A program made the translations under genes and the position numbers. Below are positions 1 through 9,086 of a stretch of 53,746 nt of DNA, one piece after another; position 1 is the first letter of the stretch; every line of letters starts with the position of its first letter. Source of the stretch: Candidatus Brockarchaeota archaeon (GTDB taxonomy: Archaea; Thermoproteota; EX4484-205; JAAOZP01); assembly GCA_017601245.1 (NCBI GenBank), contig JAFNJB010000014.1, positions 1 through 53,746 of the forward strand, given 5' to 3'. The notes below the pieces were generated by a model. That model searched no databases. It had not been told where the DNA came from and saw only the letters and a program-made list of their open reading frames with translations.

Positions 1-215
1 CATGGATTGTTACATCTAGCTACAAGCTCGTCATCAGTAAGTTTTACAACTTCAATATGCTTCTTTTCTATTTGAAGAAAATCCATGTAGAATAACTTTA
101 AAACTTCTTGCATAGAGCGGGCTCTTTTCCCTTTGAGAACCCATGCAACCCCCTTAAGGTAAAAAATAGTCCTTGCGATAAGTATTAAAAGTGTCTGAGT
201 GCTTATCAAGTGCAT
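1..215 (-). CDS. Partial hypothetical protein (runs off left edge)
   Basis: Hand translation from ATG at 215: MHLISTQTLLILIARTIFYLKGVAWVLKGKRARSMQEVLKLFYMDFLQIEKKHIEVVKLTDDELVARCNNP, open to the window edge; not in ORF track. Confidence 0.55.
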   Translation of the reverse strand, partial: MHLISTQTLLILIARTIFYLKGVAWVLKGKRARSMQEVLKLFYMDFLQIEKKHIEVVKLTDDELVARCNNP

Positions 216-323
216 TCTAAATTTCTAATATTACTTAGATGAACCGGCTAATTAACCTTAAAGACTCGATTAATTGAAATGCAATAGGTTTATCAGTTTT
301 CAAGCATTTTTTACTTAATCAAG

Positions 324-1928
324 ATGGAAGGCCAATACACACCGTTCAGCGAGCTTGCAGAGCTTTGTGAAAAACTCTCTAAGACTACTAAGAGGCTAGA
401 GAAGATTAGGATGATAAGCGAGTTTTTGAAGAAGCTTAAGAAAGAGGAGATTGCGCCGGCGGTATTATTAATAGTTGGAGAGATATTCCCAGAGGCTTCT
501 TCTAAAACCCTTGAAATAGGATTTGCGACAATAAGTAAGGTTTTAGAGTCTTCTCCGCAGAAAACCCTTTTCGGAAAACCTCTGACAATTCTAAACGTCG
601 CAGAGTATTTTGACAGGATTGCTAAGGTTACTGGTCCAAGGTCAAGAGAGAACAAAGAGCTCATATTAAGATCCATGTTTGAAAGAGCCTCGGAACTTGA
701 GACAAAGTATATTGTGAAGAATATTTTTGGAGAAATGCAACATGGAGTTGGAGAAGGAGTAATGCTTGAAGCCATTGCAAAAGCTTCCAATACAAATTTG
801 GATAGTGTGAGAAGGGCATTGATGTTCTCGGGAAACCTCGGTAAAGTCGCTGAAGTGGCTCTCACTTCAGGAGAAGAAGGTTTGAAATCGATTGGACTAA
901 CTCTTTTCCAACCGGTTAAGCCAATGCTCGCACACATGGCATACAGTTTTGAGGAAGTCTTCAAATATCATAAGGTAATTGCTTTAGAATACAAGTTTGA
1001 CGGGGCGAGAGTTCAGATCCATAAGAGAGGTAACAATGTCAGAGTTTTCAGTAGACGCTTAACTGAGGTAACAATAAGCATTCCGGAAATAGTTAATGAA
1101 GTTATCAATGGAGTAAATGCTGAAGAAGCCATACTTGATGGCGAAGTCATAGCCGTTGGAGCAAATGGTAGACCGTTACCATTCCAAGATTTGATGAGGA
1201 GGTTTACTAAAGTGAAGAATATTGAGGAGGAGATGAAGAGAATACCCCTCAAACTTTATCTCTTCGACGTGATTTACCTAAACGGTAAACAACTGGTAGA
1301 TAGGCCTTATTCTGAAAGATGGAGTGAGCTTGAGAGAATAGTGGAAAAAGTTGAGCTAGCTCCTAGGATAGTCACTTCTAGCATAAATGAAGCCGAAGGG
1401 TTTATGAAGAGGGCTGTTGAAGAGGGTCATGAAGGCGTTGTCGCCAAGGCTCTTAATAGCCCGTACATACCGGGTGCAAGAGGCAATTTATGGTTTAAGC
1501 TGAAGACGGCGGACTATTTGGATTTAGTCATAGTAGGTGCTCAATGGGGCTATGGTAGGAGGACAGGCTGGTTAAGCGACTACTTCTTAGCCGCATTAGA
1601 CGAGGAAACTGGGAATTACGAGATAGTCGGCAAAACGTTCAAGGGCTTGACTGATGAAGAGTTTGAGGAGATGACGAGGAAACTATTAGAACTAAAGGTA
1701 GAGGAAGAGGATAATACTGTCTGGGTTAAGCCGGAGATCGTTGTTGAAGTAGCCTACAGCGAAATACAGAGAAGCCCTAAGTACAAGTCTGGCTTTGCCT
1801 TAAGATTTGCGAGAATAACCAGAATAAGAAGCGATAAGTCACCATTTGAAGTAGATACGTTGAGAAGAGTTAGAGAACTCTACCAAAAGCAACAGGAGAA
1901 AAAGGGGATTTTGAAAGGCGGTTTTTAG
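324..1928 (+). CDS. lig: ATP-dependent DNA ligase
   Basis: Motif I EYKFDGAR, ILDGE, FDVIY, EGVVAK, WFKLK, ALRFARITRIRSDK; N-terminal DNA-binding domain. Confidence 0.96.
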   Translation: MEGQYTPFSELAELCEKLSKTTKRLEKIRMISEFLKKLKKEEIAPAVLLIVGEIFPEASSKTLEIGFATISKVLESSPQKTLFGKPLTILNVAEYFDRIAKVTGPRSRENKELILRSMFERASELETKYIVKNIFGEMQHGVGEGVMLEAIAKASNTNLDSVRRALMFSGNLGKVAEVALTSGEEGLKSIGLTLFQPVKPMLAHMAYSFEEVFKYHKVIALEYKFDGARVQIHKRGNNVRVFSRRLTEVTISIPEIVNEVINGVNAEEAILDGEVIAVGANGRPLPFQDLMRRFTKVKNIEEEMKRIPLKLYLFDVIYLNGKQLVDRPYSERWSELERIVEKVELAPRIVTSSINEAEGFMKRAVEEGHEGVVAKALNSPYIPGARGNLWFKLKTADYLDLVIVGAQWGYGRRTGWLSDYFLAALDEETGNYEIVGKTFKGLTDEEFEEMTRKLLELKVEEEDNTVWVKPEIVVEVAYSEIQRSPKYKSGFALRFARITRIRSDKSPFEVDTLRRVRELYQKQQEKKGILKGGF

Positions 1929-1932
1929 GACT

Positions 1933-2442
1933 TTAAGGCTTTTCGATCACTGTCCTTGTTACTATTTCTATCCTCGTTACTTTACCTTTTTCAACATCAA
2001 CCCATACGAATGCTATCCCAGAATAATTCTTGCGTAAGACTAAGATAGCACTCTTAGCCTTTACTGTAATGCTTCCATTCCTCCCGATATTGGTTGAAAC
2101 AATCGGTCTGATGCAAGTAATATTATAACCCTCGGAAAGCAATTTCTGCACATCTTGGTCACTCTCAACTATTTTGATAACGTTCTCTTTAAACTCCTCA
2201 CTGATGTTTATGAAGCCGAAGCCCCACTTGAAATGGCCGCAATACGGGCCTATCCTAGTAAAGTTCCAGTTCCATTCTTTGAAAAAGCCGGGTAAACCAC
2301 GACCTAGTCGTCCGAATCTGAAGCCATTTGGTAAATCGTCTTTTTGTGCAAAAACATTAACTACACTAGCGCATATAATTAGGAGGCTTGCTGACAGGAA
2401 TAGTGTAAGCAACATTATCCTAGGAAGCTTGTTCATCATCAT
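1933..2442 (-). CDS. Uncharacterised secreted/membrane-anchored protein, candidate BlaI-regulon member
   Basis: N-terminal signal-like hydrophobic stretch, Gly/Arg/Phe-rich linker, globular C-terminus; TATA and operator directly upstream. Confidence 0.8.
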   Translation of the reverse strand: MMMNKLPRIMLLTLFLSASLLIICASVVNVFAQKDDLPNGFRFGRLGRGLPGFFKEWNWNFTRIGPYCGHFKWGFGFINISEEFKENVIKIVESDQDVQKLLSEGYNITCIRPIVSTNIGRNGSITVKAKSAILVLRKNYSGIAFVWVDVEKGKVTRIEIVTRTVIEKP

Positions 2443-2446
2443 TTGT

Positions 2447-2463
2447 TACTACGTTTGGTAGTA
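2447..2463. promoter_or_regulatory. Putative BlaI-family operator, site 1 (TACTAC-GTTTG-GTAGTA)
   Basis: Perfect 6-5-6 palindrome between minus-strand TATA (CTTATATA 2476-2469, BRE-like GAAAAA) and ATG at 2442. Confidence 0.8.
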
Positions 2464-2547
2464 GATACTATATAAGTTTTTCTTAAAAAGCATAAAATAG
2501 AGAAATCTTAAATAAACTAGTAGAATGGAATTTCAGAACAAGAAAAA

Positions 2548-3693
2548 TTGGAAATCACAATTAGAGAGAGTCGTGATGTAGGTAGGGTAATTAAGCTATA
2601 CGAACAACATAAAGGTGTTCCTTTTACGTATTTGATGAATATTCCGCTTGTAAAAATGCTAAGCCAGCTAGAATCATTCAAAATCTTTTTAGCCGAAGTT
2701 AACGATGAGATAGTTGGCTGCATCCATGCATTAGACTATGTTTACGATTGTGGGTATATTGGAGGCCTCTTAGTCCATAAAGATTTTAGAAGAATGGGAA
2801 TAGGTGGCAAATTGTTGAAAACGGCCCTAAGCAGTCTCCGTGCAAAATACGTTTATCTTTTTGTAGAAGAGAAAAACACCGTTGCAATAAACCTCTTTGA
2901 GAAAACGGGTTTCAAAAAGATCTATAGGAGGCTCTTATACACCGTTTCAGTACCATTAAACAATGGTTTTAAGCTACAGATAACAAGTGAAGTTGAATGG
3001 GAAGGTTTGAAGAATGCCATTGGCTTTTTAGAAAGGAAAGGAATCGTTAACTTTGGTTATTATCCGATTAAGATGACAAGAAACGTGTTTGAAGATTTGA
3101 AAGCCAAGGGTAAAGTATTAAGATGCGGTGGAGTTATAGCTATAATTGAGAATTTGCATGGATTGATAGTCGGAGACAATCTTTATACTTTCAACGACTA
3201 TGTCTTTAAGCATTTGCAGAAAGTTGATTTCTCGAGAAAAATCGTTGAGATAAACCCTTTCTACATAGAACCTGAACCATCAGACTTGGTCAGTTTAATA
3301 AATCATCTGTTAACACTTGGAGAAGTACATATTAAAACTTATGATAGAGACCCTGTGGTAATTAAGCTACCTTTAGCAGGAAAAATAGGAGCATTAACGA
3401 TGGAGTATAAAGGAGCTTGTACTCAGTATGTCTATAACGGAGGAGGATTGCTTGAAGTCGTTGACACACAAATGTACTACGGCAGGAAGGCTCCCAATCA
3501 GGTTGCCGAGCTTTTCGGAGTCCACTTCTACGGAGACTTAACGATGGATGCGGTAATAGTCAACTTCGACCACCCGATAACAAGGGATAAGAAGCAGGAA
3601 GACCTGTTCAACCCGTTCCTCCTGTATGATGCTGCGATAGACAGGTACCCCAGCAATGCAACAGTACTGGTGAGAGCGGGTGTCAAAGACTAG
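2548..3693 (+). CDS. GNAT-family acetyltransferase with apparently foreign C-terminal extension
   Basis: Motif A LLVHKDFRRMGIGGKLL and NTVAINLFEKTGF; last ~90 aa differ in composition and GC. Confidence 0.8.
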   Translation: MEITIRESRDVGRVIKLYEQHKGVPFTYLMNIPLVKMLSQLESFKIFLAEVNDEIVGCIHALDYVYDCGYIGGLLVHKDFRRMGIGGKLLKTALSSLRAKYVYLFVEEKNTVAINLFEKTGFKKIYRRLLYTVSVPLNNGFKLQITSEVEWEGLKNAIGFLERKGIVNFGYYPIKMTRNVFEDLKAKGKVLRCGGVIAIIENLHGLIVGDNLYTFNDYVFKHLQKVDFSRKIVEINPFYIEPEPSDLVSLINHLLTLGEVHIKTYDRDPVVIKLPLAGKIGALTMEYKGACTQYVYNGGGLLEVVDTQMYYGRKAPNQVAELFGVHFYGDLTMDAVIVNFDHPITRDKKQEDLFNPFLLYDAAIDRYPSNATVLVRAGVKD

Positions 3694-3753
3694 CGTGCCA
3701 AACGGCACCAGCATCTCAACAATGGCAGAATCCTGTTTTCTAGGTTTTTGAGG

Positions 3754-4275
3754 TTAAGGCCTAGGTATGATTTTTAGGAGGAGCCAGTTTATGAATCCGA
3801 TTAGGAGCGCGAGCCATAGGATTAGGATTATTTTGTAGCCGATTTCGCGTGGCCATCTTGCTGCTGGGGGGAAGTATTTTGCTTCTTCTTTAGCGCCTTG
3901 GTACATGATTATGTAACTTGTGGCCATGAAGAATATTGCGAGCATTGGGTCTTTGAACCATGATCCTAGTGCTAAGCCGATTATGAGCACTGTTAAGCCA
4001 GCGTATTTGAAGGCCCTGGCCCTGGGGGACTTCCTTACTTCAGGAGGAATCTCAACCTTTAAACGGTACCACTCGGGGCCGAAATGCTTCCTCATATACC
4101 AGATTGCATAGGTAAATCCAATTAAAACCGTTGGAATGATTGCTGCCATACTTATTACGAACTCTCCCTCCGAGAGGGATGCTGTTAAAGCGAAGTAGAG
4201 AAGGGGAGTTCCAAGTATCATTAATAAAGCTACAATGATAAGTATTGCATATGCCTTAAACTTACTGTTCAACAT
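3754..4275 (-). CDS. Hypothetical polytopic membrane protein (paralog of 4703-5281)
   Basis: About 5 hydrophobic segments; shares KAY, ILGxPL, GPEWY, EIPxEV, QGxxxEAKY with 4703-5281. Confidence 0.8.
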   Translation of the reverse strand: MLNSKFKAYAILIIVALLMILGTPLLYFALTASLSEGEFVISMAAIIPTVLIGFTYAIWYMRKHFGPEWYRLKVEIPPEVRKSPRARAFKYAGLTVLIIGLALGSWFKDPMLAIFFMATSYIIMYQGAKEEAKYFPPAARWPREIGYKIILILWLALLIGFINWLLLKIIPRP

Positions 4276-4361
4276 GATATTTGTAACAATTCTTTGTTAT
4301 TAAGTTTTTCTTTATACAAGTAACTAAGCCACCAACATTTTTAATTAGTGACATTGACGCT

Positions 4362-4616
4362 TTGTCTCGGGAAGCATTTTCAAAGGAACAGAGTGTAACA
4401 GAGGTGAAGAAAGCGTTATCCAACAAGATAGATGCAGTGATTAAGATGGTTGAGAAGGATGCCTATCATGGTGCTATTAACAAGTTGATGAACGATATAT
4501 TGGCTAAAATGGATGGAGACCCTAAGCCAAAGGACTGGATTATCAACTCCATTGCTCAAGTCTCGTTGAAAAGGCATATCGATTGGATTATCACCAATAT
4601 TAGAGCATTACTTTAG
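4362..4616 (+). pseudogene. Isolated C-terminal helical (FIMAH-like) domain, likely 3' remnant of a large surface protein gene
   Basis: ALSNKIDAVIKMVEKDAYHGAINKLMNDILAKMDG..DWII resembles C-terminal helical-bundle tails of secreted proteins; frame open upstream to 4287 without ATG or signal peptide. Confidence 0.5.
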
Positions 4617-4702
4617 GACTATTTTTTATTCCCTATATTTTTACTAAATAAAGCGGAATCTAGAAAATATTTATAATTGCAGATTTATACTACATCCTTT
4701 AG

Positions 4703-5281
4703 TTGGTTAGCGAGAAAGTTAAAGCCTATTCGATAAGTATCGGAATAGCATTGCTTATAATTCTTGGGATACCACTTGCCTACTATGCTCTCCACAGAGG
4801 TATTTCCGAGCTGGAGTTGAAGATAGGTCTTTGTTTTAGTGTTCCCATGGGTGTGGCTGTGTTTATTTACCTTGTTCTGTATCCAAGGATAAAGCATGGG
4901 CCCGAATGGTATAAGGTGGAGTTTAGAAAGGCTGTTGATTATGAAATTCCGCGGGAGGTTGCCAGAAAGGCTAGACAGATTAAACTAATTGGTCTGCTCG
5001 TTTTATTTCTGGGCGTGTCTTTTGGAATAATAGTTCAAATGATTGAGCTTGCAGCATTATTCGCATTAGTCGGTTTGACCATTGTTTTTCAGGGTCAACG
5101 TAAGGAAGCGAAGTATCTGTCCGAAGAGGCAAGGAAAGAGTATGAGAGAATATATGGGGATAGGCTTAGGAAGATGTGGCTGATCCATATTCTGGCACGC
5201 CTAATCATATTAGTAGCTGGAGTGATAATCGCCCTACTCACACTCTGGCAAATACAAGCGTTTATGAGGACGCTGGCCTAA
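4703..5281 (+). CDS. Hypothetical polytopic membrane protein (paralog of 3754-4275)
   Basis: About 5 hydrophobic segments; shared motifs with 3754-4275; TATA TTTATAAT near 4670. Confidence 0.8.
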   Translation: MVSEKVKAYSISIGIALLIILGIPLAYYALHRGISELELKIGLCFSVPMGVAVFIYLVLYPRIKHGPEWYKVEFRKAVDYEIPREVARKARQIKLIGLLVLFLGVSFGIIVQMIELAALFALVGLTIVFQGQRKEAKYLSEEARKEYERIYGDRLRKMWLIHILARLIILVAGVIIALLTLWQIQAFMRTLA

Positions 5282-5296
5282 TCTCTCAAATCTCTT

Positions 5297-6256
5297 CTAT
5301 TTCTCCTGTCTTCTTGTGAATATCATGTAAGAGGCGAATAGGAAGACTATTGGAAAGACTATGAGTACTACGATGTCTATTAGACGTGTTGAAATAACCG
5401 TCGGAATGCTAGTCAATGTTCTTCGACTGAATTCAATAGGCCTAGTAGCATAGCCGAATAGTAGGCTGGTGATCTGCGTATAGTGGTAGTTTATTGAGAA
5501 AGCCTGTATCATGCTCGAGATTTCCGCCTCCCTCCTCATGTAGTCCAAGTATTCTTGTGGAAAGATGCTTGGGGATGTGAAGTTTCTAAATTGTCTTTGC
5601 GACATGTTAAAAGCTTGAAAGCTTCTCACGGGGGGAGGCCCTAAGACAGCAGTTGCAATAAGGCTACTTATTGCCGACAATATAAATGCGAAGAAGATCC
5701 AAATGCCTATGCTAATTATGAGTGAGTGGCTTGACTTGCTTGAGAGTGTTGAAATGAATAATGAGAATGCATAATATGCAAATGAGAAGACTATTGAGAA
5801 AACTATGAACAAACAGACTCTTGCAATATCGTCCATTGTTACTGCAATGTTATGTAGAAGTATAGAGATGGATACTGCTGCAAAGGATGATAGAGTTACT
5901 GCTAGACTTATTACTGCTAAGGCGGAGATTATCTTACCATTAATAACATCCTCTCTGTATATTGGTCTTGAAAGCAATATCCTAAGTGTCCCCCGCTCTC
6001 TTTCCCCAGATATAGCGTCAAATGCCAACGCGATTCCAAGCAACGGAGCCATGTAAGCCATTGTTGTGGCTATTGCAGAAAAAACTGAAGCTACGGGCCT
6101 ACCTGCTTGTTGAAAAGCAGTTATTACCCGGAAAATGGTTGAGTAGGTACTGGCTACTGAAAACAATAGCAATACGCCTACGATTAACCAGAGTCTCTTA
6201 CTTGTTATGGTGTCCGTGAATTCTTTTCTTGCAATAGATAAAGCGTCGCTTATCAT
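5297..6256 (-). CDS. ABC-2/NosY-type ABC transporter permease
   Basis: IARKEF N-terminus, DAISGERERGTLRILLSRP motif, about 6 TM segments. Confidence 0.92.
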   Translation of the reverse strand: MISDALSIARKEFTDTITSKRLWLIVGVLLLFSVASTYSTIFRVITAFQQAGRPVASVFSAIATTMAYMAPLLGIALAFDAISGERERGTLRILLSRPIYREDVINGKIISALAVISLAVTLSSFAAVSISILLHNIAVTMDDIARVCLFIVFSIVFSFAYYAFSLFISTLSSKSSHSLIISIGIWIFFAFILSAISSLIATAVLGPPPVRSFQAFNMSQRQFRNFTSPSIFPQEYLDYMRREAEISSMIQAFSINYHYTQITSLLFGYATRPIEFSRRTLTSIPTVISTRLIDIVVLIVFPIVFLFASYMIFTRRQEK

Positions 6257-6259
6257 TTT

Positions 6260-7213
6260 TTATCCACCCTCCTGGTAGAAACGGTATATTTCATCCCAAG
6301 ACGGCTCTATTGGCTTTAGAGACTCCACCGCATCCTTGAACTGAGGCTTTGAAACAAGGGGTAAGAGTTCGCCCCATATTTCTCTCCTCGATAACACTGT
6401 AACGTGATTCTCATTCTGCTTTATCTCTATTACGTCAGATATTGACCTTATTTCTTGCAGTAGCATATCAATACCGGATTTAACTCGAAGCTCATAACGA
6501 TACCCCTTCGCTTCCCTAACAGATTGATATAGTTCTTCTACACTTCCCTGTACGAGAAGCTTTCCTCCACGTATTACTGCAGCATGAGTGCATACCATAC
6601 CCACCTCGTAAAGCAGGTGTGTCGACATGAGGATTGTCTTACCCTCCTTGTTCATACTCTTAACAAGGTTTCTGAATTCAGCAGCACCTTCAGGATCTAT
6701 CCCGACCGTGGGCTCGTCGAATATTAAGAGCTCAGGATCCTTCAACAGGGCCTGGGCTATTCCGAGCCTCTGCCTCATACCTCTCGAAAATGTTGAAACC
6801 TTATCATTAGCCCTGTCCTTTAAGCCAACCATCTCAAGTGTCTCAAGCGCTCTCTTCTTCCTTTGGTCCGATGGTATCTTATCTAAAGTAGCTAGGAAGA
6901 CGAGGTTTTCAAGCGCAGTCATATGGTCGTAGAAGCCGAAGCCCTCTGGAAGAAGCCCTACTCTTCTTCTTATCTCTACGGATTCTTTAACAACATCGAA
7001 CCCAAGCACTTTCGCATTCCCGCTCGTAGGCAGAATCAGACCCACAAGTATCGATATCAGTGTTGTTTTCCCAGAGCCATTTGGTCCAAAGAGGCCGTAT
7101 GTACTAGCTTTGGGTATTTTCATGCTTATTCCATCAAGGGCCTTAATTCCAGAACCACCTTTACCATATATCTTAACAAGGTTCTCGACTTCTATAGCTA
7201 AATCCATTTTCAT
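6260..7213 (-). CDS. ABC transporter ATP-binding protein (CcmA/multidrug-type)
   Basis: Walker A GPNGSGKT, signature FSRGMRQ, Walker B LLIFDEP, H-loop STH; TGATG overlap with upstream gene. Confidence 0.95.
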   Translation of the reverse strand: MKMDLAIEVENLVKIYGKGGSGIKALDGISMKIPKASTYGLFGPNGSGKTTLISILVGLILPTSGNAKVLGFDVVKESVEIRRRVGLLPEGFGFYDHMTALENLVFLATLDKIPSDQRKKRALETLEMVGLKDRANDKVSTFSRGMRQRLGIAQALLKDPELLIFDEPTVGIDPEGAAEFRNLVKSMNKEGKTILMSTHLLYEVGMVCTHAAVIRGGKLLVQGSVEELYQSVREAKGYRYELRVKSGIDMLLQEIRSISDVIEIKQNENHVTVLSRREIWGELLPLVSKPQFKDAVESLKPIEPSWDEIYRFYQEGG

Positions 7214-8976
7214 CACCTCCTTCCATATCTTCGATATATCATGAAGGTTGCTGCAGCCATGATTACAACGATTAAAACTCCTATTAGGACAGTTTCTCCT
7301 CTTTGCTTCACATACACGTGTAAGCTCCGAGCTGGAGCCTGACTCTGATCTGCTTTAAGGCTTAGAGTAATATAGTAGTCGCCAGGACTTACATCAGCAT
7401 CGCTCGTAACCGTTAATGAGAAAACAGCACTTTCCTGAGGCTTAAGCAGAGATACCAATTCTGGACTTACTTTAACACTGAAACCATCAGGCACGTCTGA
7501 AACCCCAAGGATAAGATTTGAAAGCGAACTATAGCCAGTATTTTTAGCCTCAACCTGGAATGTTATTGACTCTCCAGCCGTTGTCTCACAATAGAAGTTT
7601 TGAGTAATATAAGAAATAGTGTAGGAACCTAATATTCCTAAGCTCAGGTTAAGCCTTTCAACAGAGTCTCCGGAGCTAGCTTCCAATGTTATGAGTATTA
7701 TATTTGGTTCGGCGAGTGGAGGTATGTTTACAAACAGGTTTAGATTCTTGCTCTCACCAGTTTTCAAATATATTTTAGACAGAACGTTCCCAGACTCGTC
7801 CTTAACCAACCAGCTATAGCCGGAAGGAAGTCCTCTTACACTAATGTTTACAATCCCATCCGAATCACCTCTATTTTCGACCGTTATGGGAAATTTGGCA
7901 GTACTTCCAGCATAAGCATCGACATACGGTATGTTTGCATAAAGTTTCAACTTGGGAGTACCTTTCACTACAATGATTTTAAGCGGTAGTTTTGATTCAA
8001 AAATAGCTGTTTTAAGCAATACTATTGTTTCATATTCTTTAGGGATCTCATCAGCCGGTATTTCTAATTTCACCTTCGCGTTAATAGATTCTCCCACTCC
8101 TAACGAGACACCTTGAAGACTGCTACCATCGCTCCTAATAATGATCCCACTCCAATTGTCTGGTAAAATAAGGGATAGTGTTCCCGTAAACCTTTTTGTC
8201 AAGACATTCTTTATTGTTAAATCGAAAACTACCGTTGAACCTGGTACTGTCCGTACTATTGGATATGTTGAAGAGAGTATTTGAATATTGGGCTCTTTAA
8301 CGTAAACTAGGATTGTTCTCTCCCGGGTAATTGAACCCGATATTCTAACCGTTATGTTGTAAATTCCTTGTGCATTGTATGGAGGCTGTATTTTTAGAGT
8401 TAGGCTTTGAACACTACCGGGACTCAACGTTAGGTTAATAACTTCAGCCGAACCCGAGCAAACACTTACTTCCCATCCCTCTGGCGCCTTGGTTGAAATT
8501 GTTAATGTCTCCTCCCCTGATCCCTTGTTTTCTATAGAAAGTGGTACATTTACCTCTGAAAAAGCCTCTACTTTTATGTATACTTGAGGTATTGAAAGTC
8601 GTAACGCATAGTCAAGTATTACCTCTCCTAAATCAACATAATTGTTCACACTCACAGCTATTAACTTACTTTCATACCCTTCTTTTTCTATTTGAATCCG
8701 ATAGGTTCCCGATTGAAGCGTTATACTAAAACCTCCACTTAAAAGCGTTTTAGTCTTCGCTACGAATGCTCCAGAAGTATCGTAGACAGTTACTGTTGCA
8801 TAGCCTAAGGGATTTCCCTCGACGTCTAGAGCCCTTCCATAAACCGTGTAGTATGTCGGTTCTTGAACATATTGGCGTTGAGCATAAATTTGAATTACGG
8901 GAAGGATAGAGGTCAATACTATTAGGAGCAATAGGAAACCATGTGAAACCATTCCATGCTCGATTTTCATACTCAT
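7213..8976 (-). CDS. Membrane-anchored surface protein with carboxypeptidase-regulatory-like and repeated NEW3/Ig-like domains (COG1470-like)
   Basis: Signal peptide; VYGRALDVEGNPLGYATV..G.FSI domain; repeated xNxG..P.GW modules; C-terminal TM plus RRYGRR. Start moved to ATG 8976 because 8977-9011 holds operator and TATA. Confidence 0.88.
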   Translation of the reverse strand: MSMKIEHGMVSHGFLLLLIVLTSILPVIQIYAQRQYVQEPTYYTVYGRALDVEGNPLGYATVTVYDTSGAFVAKTKTLLSGGFSITLQSGTYRIQIEKEGYESKLIAVSVNNYVDLGEVILDYALRLSIPQVYIKVEAFSEVNVPLSIENKGSGEETLTISTKAPEGWEVSVCSGSAEVINLTLSPGSVQSLTLKIQPPYNAQGIYNITVRISGSITRERTILVYVKEPNIQILSSTYPIVRTVPGSTVVFDLTIKNVLTKRFTGTLSLILPDNWSGIIIRSDGSSLQGVSLGVGESINAKVKLEIPADEIPKEYETIVLLKTAIFESKLPLKIIVVKGTPKLKLYANIPYVDAYAGSTAKFPITVENRGDSDGIVNISVRGLPSGYSWLVKDESGNVLSKIYLKTGESKNLNLFVNIPPLAEPNIILITLEASSGDSVERLNLSLGILGSYTISYITQNFYCETTAGESITFQVEAKNTGYSSLSNLILGVSDVPDGFSVKVSPELVSLLKPQESAVFSLTVTSDADVSPGDYYITLSLKADQSQAPARSLHVYVKQRGETVLIGVLIVVIMAAATFMIYRRYGRR

Positions 8977-8999
8977 TGTTACTACTGGCAGTAGTAACA
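8977..8999. promoter_or_regulatory. Putative BlaI-family operator, site 2 (TGTTACTACTG-G-CAGTAGTAACA)
   Basis: Perfect 11-bp inverted repeat containing TACTAC-N5-GTAGTA (8980-8996), between minus-strand TATA CTTATAAA (9011-9004) and ATG 8976. Confidence 0.85.
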
Positions 9000-9053
9000 C
9001 TACTTTATAAGCTTTATTGCTCGGAATTCAAAATATGGAAAAAGTTAAATAGT

Positions 9054-9070
9054 TACTACATATGGTAGTA
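9054..9070. promoter_or_regulatory. Putative BlaI-family operator, site 3 (autoregulatory; TACTAC-ATATG-GTAGTA)
   Basis: Perfect palindrome just downstream of GAAAAAG-TTAAATA (BRE/TATA) and upstream of the repressor ATG 9087. Confidence 0.85.
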
Positions 9071-9086
9071 TTTTAGGGAAAGAAAA

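Noticed and set aside
4688-4704. Fifth operator-like site TACTAC-ATCCT-TTAGTT
   Set aside because: Only 10/12 and overlaps the start codon; mentioned as possible but not called as a feature
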